Source: Lama glama
Taxonomy: Eukaryota
Length of the DNA: 64,000 nucleotides
Assembly: GCA_028534125.1 (NCBI GenBank)
Contig: CM052816.1
Span: 78,928,001-78,992,000 of the forward strand
Direction of reading: 5' to 3'
Shown: positions 52,165 to 64,000 of the stretch, one piece after another
Layout: each line of letters opens with the position of its first letter
How positions within the stretch are numbered: the first letter of the stretch is position 1
The notes under the pieces: generated by a model
What the model was told of the DNA's origin: nothing
Databases searched by the model: none
What the model saw: the letters and a program-made list of their open reading frames with translations, nothing else
Program-made: the position numbers and the translations under genes

Positions 52165-52848
52165 TACCTTACACTCATTTGGATGGCTACTACCAAAAAA
52201 AGAAAAAATAAGTACTGGAAAGAGGGTGGAGAAATTAGAACCCTTGTGCTCTGTTGGTGGGAATGTAAAATCATGTATCTGCTGTGGAAAGTAGTATGGC
52301 AGTTTCTCAAAATTTAAAAAGGATCATCGTATGATCTAGCAATTCTACTTCTGGGTATATACCTAAAAAAAGGGAAAGCAAGGACTCAAACAGATACTTG
52401 CATATACAATAGCCAAAAGTTGGAGGCAAGTATGTATTCACTGACAAATAAATGGATAAACAAAATACATACAAGAGATTTTTATTCAGCCTTAAAAAGG
52501 AAGGAAATTCTGACATGTGCTACAATATGGATGATCCTTAAGAATATTATGCTAAGTGAAAAGAGCCAGGCAAAAAGACAAATACTGTATGATTCCACTA
52601 ATGGGAAATATCTAGGGTTGTCAAATTCATAGAGACAGAAAGTAGAAGAGGGGTTTTCAGGGGACTGGGCAGGGGTAAGAGGAAGGGTGAGTGGGGAGTC
52701 ACTGTTTAATAGTTTTAGTTTTGCAAGGTGAAAGAGTTCTGAAAATTGATTATACAATGTGAATACAGTTAAAACTACCATGCTGTACACTAAAAAATGG
52801 TTAAGATGGTACATTTTATGGTACATGTATTTTATCACAATTTTTAAA
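52165..52848 (+). mobile_element. L1MB-type 3' end
   Basis: ggagaaattagaacccttgtgc...atgctaagtgaaaagagccagg...aaatggttaagatggtacattttatg. Confidence 0.85.
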
Positions 52849-53014
52849 AGCTATGGCTGCCCAAAGCCATCCCTAATTACATTTCTGAAGTTAGACTTTA
52901 AAAAACAAAAACGAAAGTAAAAATAAACAAACCAAACCCCCTCCTTCATTTTCCTGTTTCTAAAACTAAAGCTGGGGGGAAGATTGATTCTGCTTATCCC
53001 TGACTTCTAAGAGT

Positions 53015-55015
53015 TATCTCTTTAAAAACATTAATAAAATTAATAAGAGCCTAATTAGATTTATCAACAAAAAGAGACAAAACATATTATCAGTATCAGG
53101 AATGACAGTGTCATTATAGAACCCACAGATATTGGAAAGATAATAAGGAATTATTATAAACAACACAGTGCCCGAAAGATGCAGGAAAAAAATGAACAAA
53201 ATACAACATTCTATCACGTAATTTTAAAAGGATTTGGAAGGGAAAGGTACTTCTTCAACCTGATAAAGAACTTTACAAAAAAGCAACAGCTAACACAGTA
53301 GTTTCACTATCAAGTGAAAGGCTGAACACTTTTCTAAGAACAGGAAGAAAACAAAGGTGTCAGCTGTAACCCCTTCTATTCAGTATCAGACTGGAGGTCC
53401 TACTGTACTGAGGTAAGAAAAAGCAAATAAAAGGCTTACATATTGAAAACGAAGAGATAAATCTGTTTTTATTAAGAGAGAAGTGATAGTCTACGTAGAA
53501 AAATCCTTAGGAATCTACCCGCCCCCCACCACAAAAATACTAGAACTAAGAAATGCGTTCACCACGGTCACAGGATGACAGGATATGAAATCAGTATTTC
53601 TATATATTAGCCAAGAATCATTGGAAATTGAAATTTTTTAAGTATTCTTGCAAAAGAAAAAAAAAGAAAATATTTATAGATTAATTTAACAAAATTTGTG
53701 TAAGGTCTTTACACTTAAAACAGACCTTGCAGAGAGAAACTAAACAAGATTGAATTAAATACATAAATGGGAAGGCTAAACATTATTAAGATGTCAGTCC
53801 TTCCTAGGTGATCTAGGGAGTCGAGGCTGTCTCAATCAAAATGCCAGCAGCCTTTTTTTTTGACAAATTGATTTAAAATTTATAAAGAAATACAAAGGAC
53901 CTAGAATAGCTAATCAATCTTGAAAAAGAAGAACAAAGTTGACAACTTACACTTATGGATTTTAAGCTATAATAATCAAGGTGGTATAAAAATGGTACAA
54001 AGATAGAAAATTGATCATTGAAACAGAAGAGAGAGCCTAGCAATTGACCTATTCATGTGTGGTCAATTGATTTTTGACAAAGATACCAAGATAATTCAAA
54101 AGAGGAGAAGACAGTCTTTTCTGTAATAACCCTGGAACAAACAGATAAACATATTACTAAAAATGAGCCTCAATACCTACCTCATATAAAAATTAATTTG
54201 AGACGAAATATACTAAAATGCAAAAGCAAATCTACAAAGCTTCTAGAAGAAAACAAAAAAATACCTTCACAAAATTAGAATCAGCAGGTTTTAGACAGAC
54301 ACAAAAAGTGCTAACCATAAAAAACAGATAAATCAGACTGTCAACATTAAAAGTATCTGTTCTTTAAAGGATAACATTAAGAATAGACAAGACTAGGAGA
54401 AAATATTTGTGAAAAATAAATCTGAAAAAAGGCTTGTAATCAGAATATGTAAAGAACCCAATGTAAACAGTTTGATTAGAAAATGGGCAAATGATCTGGC
54501 AGGCACATCAAAAGAGGATTTACAAATGGCCAGTAGGCACAGCAAAAGATGTTCAACATAATTCGTCATTACGGAAATGCAAATTAAAATCACTGTGAGA
54601 TACCATTTCACATTCACTGGAATGGCTAAAATTAAAAACACTGATGATATTATGTGTTGGGGAGAATGTGGAGAAACCAGAACTCCCATTCATTGCCGTG
54701 AAGTGGTGTACCACTTTGGAAAATAGTTTGCAGTTTCTTACATAGTTAAGTCCAAACCTACCGTATGATTTAGCAATTACATTCTTAGGTATTTTCCCAA
54801 AAGAAATGAAAATGATGTGTCCACACAAAGCTTGCACAAGAATGTTCATAGCGGATTTTATTCCTACCAGCACTGACATGTGAATAACCTGATACAAGCA
54901 GGTAAGTGGAGAAGCAAACTGTGGTATATTCATACACTAGAATACTACTCAGTAGTAACAAGAAATAAATTTCTGATACCTGCAACCACGTAAATGAATC
55001 TCAAATGTGTACAAC
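53015..55015 (+). mobile_element. Old L1M ORF2 to 3' UTR fragment (decayed, no intact frame)
   Basis: Recognisable ORF2 segments (ctggaggtcctact, gtctacgtagaaaaatcc, caattgatttttgacaaag, ggaaatgcaaattaaaatcac) with frameshifts and stops. Confidence 0.85.
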
Positions 55016-55369
55016 ACCTTAGAGATAAAGATAAGAGGCAGACCCTGTGGGATGAAGGACCGAGTTATTAGGACACGTGTAACACATAACCAGCATGCTT
55101 CCACACATGGGCTGGAGAGCTGTGGCAGTAGCATACATTTTAACCCCTATTAATATGCTGTGTTATGGGAGGCCATCTACTGAGGATGCTCTAGACATCT
55201 TAGATGGTAAGTTCCACTAGGGGAAGATCCCTTTCAAAACTAAGATTCTATGATTTGCCCATAATTATTTCGTTCATGTTGATGCTGTCACTTTAACTGT
55301 GTTGTACAAGTCCTTTGAGAGCAGTTAACTGGGTTTATACCCTAGACTACACCACAGTACTAGTGTGTC

Positions 55370-55570
55370 ACTTATAAACAAATCACATTTATGGAGTGTT
55401 TGTCATATGCCAGACACTGTTTTAAACACTTTTTGTGCATTGATTTGTTTCTTTATGAAAGCCTCACGAGGCTGGTATTGACCAAGAGCTCACAGCAAGG
55501 GTCTAGAGGTAAGACCCTAACCCAAGAACCTTGACTCAGAGCCTGTGCTTTAACTCATGCTCACTGCCTC
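55370..55570 (-). mobile_element. MIR SINE (internally deleted)
   Basis: cacatttatggagtg...tatgccagacactgttttaaacactt...gactcagagcctgtgctttaac. Confidence 0.6.
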
Positions 55571-57151
55571 TTATCTGGCACAAAATAGATGCTCAGCTAA
55601 GCACCTGTGAAGGGCCTGAGTGATGGCTGGTCCTTGAACTCAATATGTAGTTCAGTTGTTTAAAATGTGTTGTTTTTGAAGTCACCAGCTAATTTCTACA
55701 CAAACTACTAACCACATCCAACTGTCTCCCAAAAGGGGCTATCTGACTCTAAGACAAACAGGTAAGAAAATGCATCTGTATCAATGCAAACATATCAGCC
55801 CAGAGCAAGTGACCCGCTTGCTGGCCTAGCAGTTTTCATTCCAATTTATACAACAGCACAGACCTTATCTCTCACACTGCATGAAGTGTGAAAGATAGCA
55901 ATGTACTGTTTTTAGAACTGGACTGATATGGTCTTGGAGAAATAGTTTGTGCTTTTGACAAAATAAACAACTGGTACCTAAAACTCCAAATTAAAAAGGA
56001 GCTAAATAATTGTCATTGTTATAATTTCCTTTTTAATTTAAACTCAGGACTCTATTGACAAAGTGCTGGCTCAACCATTACATTAAATCATTAACCTGAC
56101 CTGAAATCTTAATCAACATTTAGGCAAGGTAAGTTTCACACCTGAGTTGCTTTTTAATGAAATCTGTTGGCAAATCTAGCATAATATCCAAAAGTCAGGA
56201 TTCAAAATACAATAAATACCCATATTCATTAGGAAGCTGCATTCCTTCTACCCAATGGTCAGATAACTCACCGCCTGTGGTGGCAATAAACAAGCAAGAC
56301 AGAAGTCATAGGAATACGATCTAAACTTCTAGCAAGGGATGATGGGCTGAAGATATCTTGATACAAACTAAACTAATATCAAAAGAGCACACAACACATC
56401 CGTGAGTTGAGCCAGAAGACAGGCAGGGGTTGTTAAACTGGAACTGAGGAGATGGGACTTAATCTCACAGGAGAGAGAAGGAAGAAATTTTTTAAGTGGC
56501 TTATATTACCCAGAATGGGCTTCAGGTCCTAAAAGAATGCCAAGAGGATGTAAATTCCTTTCCCTCAACAGATTCTGAAAACCTACCAGACCTCCAGAAA
56601 CTACAGCTCAATAACTTGATCCTGCCTGTAGAGCAGGGATTCATCTCGGAAGAAAAACCATCCTTCAGATCTACATACTAATTGGTTTAAGTAACTGGCA
56701 CCAAATCCTTTCTTGTTCTGGTAAAAGGAGGTAATATATAACAAGGAGGGACGCTGTTATCTAGAGAGAAGAGAACAAAGGAAAAAATCTAGCAATGTTG
56801 GAAATGGACTGTTTTGGTCTGGGTTTGGCTGTGTTAAACAGAGAAATGAAGCTGCAGATGAAGATTTGTGTGGATGTGTGTTTTTATAAACTGAGTATGG
56901 GTAAGACACATACCAGCACTACAGATAATGAGGTCTTGGTGGTTTAACAAAACCAGCATTGTTACAAGGGGCTTCATTCTCAAATGTGGATTCGTTTTGG
57001 TGGTGTTCACCATTTTTCTTTTGGAAAATTGAGTAAGCTAAGATTAATTAGTAGAAATGATTGTTTTGATAGTGGGATGAAGCAAAGTAGGTTTAGAGAG
57101 ATTTGTGGAAAGCAACTAGCTACAAATTTAAAGATGAGGAAAAAAACAATG

Positions 57152-57815
57152 ATATAGAAAGCAAATCTTAAAAGAAAAAACTCACCATAATAAATGTGCT
57201 GAACTTCTGTCTTTGTAAATGTCTCTCACATAGCAGGTAATTATTTACCAAATAAATCAATATTTGTCTTCCCCAAAAGTTCCTCCAAGTGACTGATATT
57301 CATAAATCATTAAATGTTGGGGCTTCAAAGATCACATAGTACAACTGAATTTATGTATTAGAAAGCTGAAACTAGAGGAGAGAAGTAGCCTGCTCAGTAG
57401 TTAGTGCAGACAGCTAGGACTATATTTCATCTACACTACATCTATCTAATAATTTTATAATAAGAGGACCATCATTATTAGAAGTATCTAAAATGGTTAA
57501 AAAAATTAAGATGAGATAAACATGAGTTTATCCTCATTTAAAAAAATACCCATAAAAAAGTATTTACTTGGCATGTAATAACCCTAATATTAGCATGTAG
57601 ACAAAATGATGAGTTTATAAGGGATGGAGGAAAGGAGAAATGGGAGGAGTGGAGGGAAGGAAACATGTAGAGAGGCAAGGAAAGTGGGTGTTAGAAAGAA
57701 ATACAGAGTCAAATAGAAGGAAAGAAAGGAGGAGGAGGCAAATATAGAAAGCAAATCTTAAAAAAAAAAAAAAAACCATAATAGATGTGCCAAACTTCTA
57801 TCTTTGTAAATGTCT
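57152..57815 (+). repeat. 73-bp direct repeat pair (57152-57224 and 57742-57815)
   Basis: atatagaaagcaaatcttaaaa...accataata.atgtgc..aacttct.tctttgtaaatgtct occurs twice, 590 bp apart. Confidence 0.9.
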
Positions 57816-57849
57816 GATTTAAAAAAAAAATCTGATTAAAAAAAAAAGA

Positions 57850-58438
57850 TCCAAAATGTGGTATATACGTACAATGGAATATTACTCAACCTTTACAAGA
57901 AATAAAATTCTGTTGTTTTTTTTTTAGATGGTATCCTTTTTAAAAAAGTTTTCTCTGCGGGGAGTAGGTTTATTTATTCACCTATTTATTCAATGGAGGT
58001 ACTGGGGATTGAACCCAGGACCTTGTGCATGCTAAGCATGCGCTCTACCACTGAGCTATAGCCTCCCCCTAGGAATAAAATTCTGACACAGGCTATGACA
58101 TAGAGGAACCTTGAAGACATTATGCTAAGTGAAATAAGTCAGACACAAAAAGACATTGTATGACCACATACATGAAGTACCTAGAGCAGTCAGACTCACA
58201 GAATCAGAAAGCAGAATAGTGATTACCGAGAGCTGGCAGGAAGAGTGGAATGAGGAGCTGGTGTTTAGTGATAGAATTTCAGTTTGGGATGACAGAAAAT
58301 TTCTCAAGATGGATGGTGGTGATAGTTACACATCACTGTGAAAATACCTAATGCCACCAAACTGTACATTTAAAATGGTTAAAATGGTAAAATTTATGCT
58401 ATGCATATTTTCCCACAATAAAAAAAACACTTTAAAAA
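57850..58438 (+). mobile_element. L1MB-type 3' end split by a SINE
   Basis: aaaatgtggtatatacgtacaatggaatattactca...atgctaagtgaaataagtcag...aatggttaaaatggtaaaattt. Confidence 0.85.
57913..58069 (-). mobile_element. vic-1-type tRNA-derived SINE with ~15-bp TSD
   Basis: Reverse complement ggggaggctatagctcagtggtagagcgcatgcttagcatgcacaaggtcctgggttcaatccccagtacctcc; TSD agaaataaaattctg (57898-57912) / aggaataaaattctg (58071-58085). Confidence 0.9.
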
Positions 58439-58694
58439 AGACATCACATAATTACAGTATCTCCTCTAATCCTTTCATATTGACTTGTCATAATAGTTGA
58501 ATGATCATAAAAGCTTGAAGGAAAGAAAATGAATAAATATAAAGGATTGTTCTTTTTTTTTAAGAATTTTTCAAATATATATATGCTTGAAAAGAGTTAA
58601 ATTTTTCCTCCTGTAATTTCCCTTAGCGTGATGAACAAATGTTTCTAGTAAAGTTTACAAATTGCTACCTGGCCTTTACTTCTCTCAAACTAGT

Positions 58695-58901
58695 TCTTTT
58701 TATTTTATTTTACTTTATTTTATTTTATTTTATTTTATTTTATTTATTTTTATTGAAATATAGTCACTTTACAATGTTGTGTTAACGTCTGGTGTACAGC
58801 ATAGTGATTCAGTTGTGTGTGTATATATATACATATTCTTTGTCATATTCTTTTTCATTATAGGCTATTACAAGGTATTGACTATAGTTCCCTGTGCTAA
58901 T
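58695..58901 (-). mobile_element. L1 3' end with (TTTTA)n tail and 10-bp TSD
   Basis: tattgaaatatagtcactttacaatgttgtg...atagttccctgtgct; TCAAACTAGT at 58685-58694 and 58902-58911. Confidence 0.88.
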
Positions 58902-60344
58902 TCAAACTAGTCTGAACGCAGCGTAGTAAGACGTGTGCAGAAGCATCCGTGGCAGGCAGCACAGCATCCCTGCTCCACTTCTGTGCCCCGAGGCCCAGCA
59001 GGGCATTTCAGTCCTCACACGTAAGGTGAGGGTGAATGCTGACCTCTGGAGGCTTCTGTGAGCTCCCAAGAGGGTCCCAATATGGTCCAGGCCTCCAGGG
59101 CCTGACAGCACCTTGGGTGGCAGCTCTGCTCCTTTCTTACTGCCCAGGCCTCCGAGCTCTTGTTCCCAGTGGAATAACATCCATTTATTCCTGTGGAAAC
59201 TGCAAAACAGGGAGCCTTTTCTCATGCTTGCTCAAAGGCTCAGGACAAAGGGGGATATGTTTAAGGAAAAGAGTTTTGGGATTGGAAGAAGTTGCAATCA
59301 AGCTTCTCCATCCGGTCTGTGTCCTTGGAATCCAGGAGGGAATTTAAAAATAGTGTGCTTCTTTGCTGCAAGGGAAGAGCTTACATCTATCTGGATTCAA
59401 GATGTGAAGCTGTGTTCAGCCATACTGACTTATTAATAGTCTTTGTGAAGAGTGATTTAATTCTTACTAATGTGGTATTTTGTGTCAAAATCACCTCTTT
59501 AATTTTAGCAGTACAGAAAATATTAGAGAATTACTTAAAATGAACCTGAACAGATACCATTTTAAATCTGTACCCATGCCTGCTCAATACTTGTCTTCAA
59601 CATGTCACGAAACCTAGGCTATTTTTCTACTCCCTCCTCCCTCACCAAAACGGAGAGACCCACTTATAACATACGGAGGCATTTTCACACTGCAAGTTAT
59701 TCTGAGGGGAAAATATGTGATTTATAAATGCTGTCAAATGAAATATGTATTTCCAAATGGCACCGAGTTGACCAAGCACATCCCAGGACACGTCCTGCAT
59801 CTTTATTACCCCAGGGGCATAAACGAAGGAATGGTGTAGAGAAAGAGCAAATAGCTTTTTCCAGCATTATGAATCCAGAGGGCCCACGTTTGCTGCTGAC
59901 AAACATATTCGAGGAATCAAAGATTGCAGGTAATCTTATCACAGAAGCACACAAATTATGGAGAAATGGGTATGTTCCATCAAAAGTAATACATTCTTCT
60001 GAGTCATTTCTGCCAGTGGCTGAAAATAAATATTGACATGGAGATTTTAAATTGCTAGGCTCACCACACCACGTGCCTGCTGACATTCTCGAACAAAACT
60101 TCTTAAAGTCAAAATATGAACAGAAAATGGTAAAAATAAGTGAAGCATCTTGCATGTTTATAGATGGCAAAACAAAAGTGCAGGAAGACTCACACGGTCT
60201 GGGATGACATTTCAGCCAGGCTGGTACAGACCACAGAAGCAGGAGCGCTGTCACAGCACCGGTACATTGCAGCTCCAGAAGAGAAGCAGCTGTAAAATGG
60301 GCATTTAACTTGCAATGGAAGCCAAGAGGGAGCCTTTCTTAGAG

Positions 60345-60750
60345 GAAAAGGCATGAGGTTCAGAGTCACCTCTCAAGTGTTTTGTCCCAGGTCTCCAGGT
60401 ACTAGTGGTGTGACAAGACTTGCGCACGTCTTGTAATTTTGGAGCCACAGTTCTCTCATAACATAAGGGTTTAATAACTTACCTCTTGAGGATCGAATCA
60501 TGTAATCAGACTCACAGTTTACTGAGCATTTCTCACCTGCCAAGCACTGTGCTTAGCGTTTTACCTACATTACCTCGCTTAATCCTTATAACTTTGTGAA
60601 GTATGTCTCACTATCCCCATTTTACAGATGAGTAAACTTGGGCTCAGAGGAATCAAATGACCTGCCCTGGCTCACAGTTAGTGAATTGAGGATGTGGAAC
60701 TTGAATTCAGTATGCTTTCCTTAGAGTTTTAAAACTATGCGTTCTGGCTC
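60345..60750. mobile_element. Two MIRs in opposite orientation (+ ~60345-60510; - ~60515-60750)
   Basis: gagccacagttctctcat...gaggatcgaat; tttactgagca...ccccattttacagatgagtaaacttgggctcagag. Confidence 0.65.
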
Positions 60751-63212
60751 TTGGTAGTCATTCATTTAGTCACCAAAGATTAACATATTTAAGCATGTAT
60801 TATAGTTTGTAAAGTATGACTCAAATATACATTTTTATATTATGCATGTACATAAAAGAAGCATCATGGGTGATCAGCAAGGTCTAACTTTTAGGTCATA
60901 TTAAGTTAGACATTTCAAAAGGCAAAAGGTTAAAGATTAGTCATGACATTAATAAGCATGTCATATGGTACTGTTTTAAGAAGAAAGAAAAGGAAATAAC
61001 TCAAAGAGTCATGTTTTGACACAGAAACAATAGTAAAATTTAATGGTGTGTGCCGTCATGGCTATTGAAAAAGATCTGTTGAAAAATAAGGTCTTCATGA
61101 AACTGTTCTACACACTGATCATCCCCAAATGTAAAGCATGTGTACATCACGACCATGTCTTTCGGGATTCATTACAGGACACTCTCAAAAACAAAGCCAG
61201 TTTCTTCCGTCATCATTGTAGTTTGATCGACAGGGTGATTTTGCCAGATGTTCTGTATCGAAGGACTTAATGAAAATTTTCTGTTTTTTTAAAATCTGTG
61301 AACTTCTCTGTTTATAATGCTATTAGTGAAGTAAATGACGTTAAGAAATGAAAAGAACTTTTCTTCAATTAAATGGTTGCTGCTGCAAATTTTCAGATGT
61401 TAAAAGGCAAAAGAAATTAAGTCACTGGCGATAGCCCACTACAACATATGGCTGGATTATGAGTTAAGCAGTGCGGTTTGGAGTTGGAAGTTTGGGTGAG
61501 AATGCATTCAACCCAGAATTTTTAGGGGCTTGGTCCTACCTCTAGAAGGGTAGCAAGTCTGTGTTTGACACAACCTCTGGTTCTTTTCACTTCTTGCTCA
61601 CATAAGATACTTCTATTATTTTTATGTCTTGGTTTTTCAAACTTGATCTGTGTCTAGACCTAGACCAACCCAATGGAGGAAAGAGTCTAGAATCTTTGAA
61701 ACTTATAATGAATATATCCCTTGAAGACTAGCAGCATGAGAATCAGATGAGTTCAGAAAATGGAATGGATTAGACAGCGTTCTGGGTGTTAATGGTTATA
61801 TTCAGTAGGTTGAGAGAAAATTTTCTTATCTTCTTCTCCAATGTCCTATTCAGAATGTCCTATTCTGACAACAGGTAACTTCTTTATCAGAATGGTATTA
61901 ATGAGAAGAGGAATAGCTCTCTTTGTTTTATGCTCATATTGATTTTTTTCCTCTAGTGTGTGCTCACAATGAATCAAAACTAAGAAATGCTAGATTTCTT
62001 AGAGTAGGCAGTATATAACTTCATTTCCAACAAAAACTTAGAGCAGTTCAAAAACTTCAGAATTGAGTTGAAAAGAGCTAATGTTTTCTCCTTTTACTTC
62101 ATATACTGTATTGATTACAGCATGCTTGTATTCACAGTACACAAAATTGGTCACAACTTCAGCAGGGATGAGCAGGCTGGAGTCGTTCCAGCAGGGTCCA
62201 TTCATCTTGTGTCTCAGGTTGAGCTTTGTGAGTTCAGCCTGACAACTTCCTGTGTAAACTGCCTGTTTCTCTATAGAGTCCCGGTTGTTTTACCTTCCAG
62301 TCAGTACAAAGCATCTCCTAAGATAGAATCAAGAGTGGCGCATCAGTTAATAATGTCACTCTATGGTCCTACCGCCTCCTTTTGAGATTTTGGTGGATAA
62401 TTTGTTGTTTGGTTTATCCCTTTTGTGTTTTCACAGAGTTCCGTCATAAATGGCTAGAAACAAGTACAGAACGTCTTATGCCTGCGGTTCCTTTGTGAAT
62501 TAGCACAGATTCCTCTTTCTTCTGGAGCTATAATTTGTCATTTCTTAAAATTACTGTTGATTATTTTAACATAGATTTGTGTTTCTGGTTTGTTTTTTTT
62601 TTAAACTAAGATTGTGATTCAGACCCTCTGTGTCTCTTCTCAGGGTTCCATACAGAGATTAAGGTTACCCACCAGGATTTATCTTTTTTCTACAGAAGAT
62701 GTCATTTGTTATGCTTGTTTCAAATTCTTGTTGAAAAATCTTTGAACTATGACAAATGCTTTTGATGTAGTTTATGCTTTCAGGCTACAATTTTGCTTTG
62801 CAGAAAAAAAAACCCATTTTAATTGACATTTAATAATCTCAGGCAGAGACATTTTCTAAAAATTTTTCTTCCATGAAAAAGTCAGATTTCAGACATATTA
62901 TATTAAAATGGAAGACAAACTTTTGCATCAGAGAAGAAATCATTAATTGCATCAAGTGAAACAGCTGAATGACTGATTTCAATATCAATATCAATATTTC
63001 AATATCCTAACTACAAGCATTTCTTTTAAGTCTTCAGAGTAGCCCACACTGTATCATAATAATCACAGAATGCAATTTGAGCAGTGATTATTTTCTCATT
63101 AATTTTCAGGTTACTCAGAATGTCTGGAGGCTTAGTTACTAACTCCAGGAGTCTTCACTGCGCTGTTCCTAGGTTCGGTTTCAGTTGACAGAACCCTGGA
63201 GGAACTCTAGAG

Positions 63213-63387
63213 AACTGCTTCTCAAACACATATACACATACACAAACGCATATACAACCCCCCTGGGGATCCTGTAAAATGCAGATGTGGATTCTATAGG
63301 TCTGGGGTGGGGCCCGAGGGTCTGCATTTCCACCAAGTCCCCAGTCAGTGCTGCTGGTCTGTCTGGACCACACTTTGAGGAGCAAGG
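63213..63387. mobile_element. MER5A1-like hAT-Charlie MITE
   Basis: ctggggatcctgtaaaatgcagat...ggtctggggtggggccc...ggaccacactttgaggagcaagg. Confidence 0.8.
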
Positions 63388-63639
63388 ATCTCTAAAACCA
63401 TCTCTGGGCCATGGCCATGGCCTGAATTCAGAAACTTCCTGATATTAAAAAGGGAAAAGAAAGGTAGGAGTGCAATAAGGAGAAGTGAGAAGAAAACTAG
63501 CAGTAAGAATAAGTTAATGAGTGAAAGGAAAAAAAAAAAAACCCTTTGAGGAATAATGAGGAATTTTCCCCAGAGCTAACATACAGCAGCTAGGTGACTG
63601 CATATGACACAGGACAGGAGAGGAGGAGGGAAGGGAAGT

Positions 63640-63990
63640 TAACTTTTACTGAGTGTCTTCTGTGCAAACTGTGGTCTGAGGCATTGCTATATGTTTAGGT
63701 ATGTATTTATAAATGCATATACATGGATGTATATTTTGGATATATATAGAGAGAACGATGTGTGTATATATGGAGGGTGAATGGATGGATAGATATTCTG
63801 CTTTGTTCCAAAAAGGTTGGAAGAGGAAGCTGTACCAGGCGTCTCTCATGCACACATTGCCTCAATCCTCGTAACAACCCTTTTAAAATACATACCGAGA
63901 GAGACGAAAAAGCTGAGCCTCGGAGTTTTTTTTTAAAGCACAGCTGTAGAATTATTAGACTTCAGAGTTCCACAATCCACTCTTTGACCA
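63640..63990 (-). mobile_element. MIR SINE interrupted by low-complexity sequence
   Basis: ttttactgagtgtcttctgtgc...aatcctcgtaacaaccct...gctgagcctcggag. Confidence 0.5.
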
Positions 63991-64000
63991 GACAGAGAGC

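Noticed and set aside
53015..55015. L1 ORF2 as an active reverse transcriptase gene, and the antisense ORFs at 54393-54985
   Set aside because: Heavily decayed with stops and frameshifts; the listed ORFs are antisense L1 frames.
59697..60254. Longest non-repeat ORF (185 aa, minus strand)
   Set aside because: Non-ATG start, no recognisable domain, and Cys/Ser/Phe-rich composition typical of random frames. One such ORF in 64 kb is unremarkable.
61140..61220. Minus-strand ATGATGA as the C box of a C/D snoRNA
   Set aside because: No properly placed CTGA D box or terminal stem.
61840..61867. 14-bp tandem duplication (also 21635-21668 and ~62978-63006)
   Set aside because: Ordinary short slippage duplications with no further structure.
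62410..62450. SECIS-like ATGA-N12-AAA on the minus strand
   Set aside because: Helix II pairing and GA spacing are poor, and there is no selenoprotein CDS nearby.
1..64000. CRISPR arrays, operons or prokaryotic defence systems; host gene identity from L1 strand bias
   Set aside because: The sequence is mammalian with no repeat-spacer arrays. L1s occur on both strands in similar numbers, so no transcription direction or gene can be inferred.

Overview
Mammalian (eutherian) non-coding DNA, most likely camelid (alpaca/camel). The assignment rests on two tRNA-derived vic-1-type SINEs and several young, near-identical L1 3' ends. Roughly half the window is interspersed repeats: L1 of several ages, L2, L3/CR1, MIR, MaLR/ERVL LTRs including a complete LTR-internal-LTR MLT1G-like element, and hAT and Tc1/mariner MITEs. 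There are three N gaps. I recognise no protein-coding gene; the ORF-track ORFs are repeat-derived, N-spanning or random-looking, so the window is intergenic or deep intronic. I found no convincing new biological system. The most interesting structures are: a ~330-bp fold-back inverted duplication across a MIR/MLT2 junction (49135-49460); overlapping perfect AT-rich inverted repeats (44273-44329); a 43-bp ultra-truncated L1 insertion with a perfect TSD (13808-13850); a 73-bp non-tandem local duplication (57152/57742); a candidate 141-nt symmetric exon (42895-43035, minus strand); and two repeat-poor, motif-rich candidate regulatory islands (about 42.8-47.3 kb and 58.9-63.1 kb). Repeat family names come from my recall of consensus sequences, and boundaries are approximate unless TSDs/TIRs are given.
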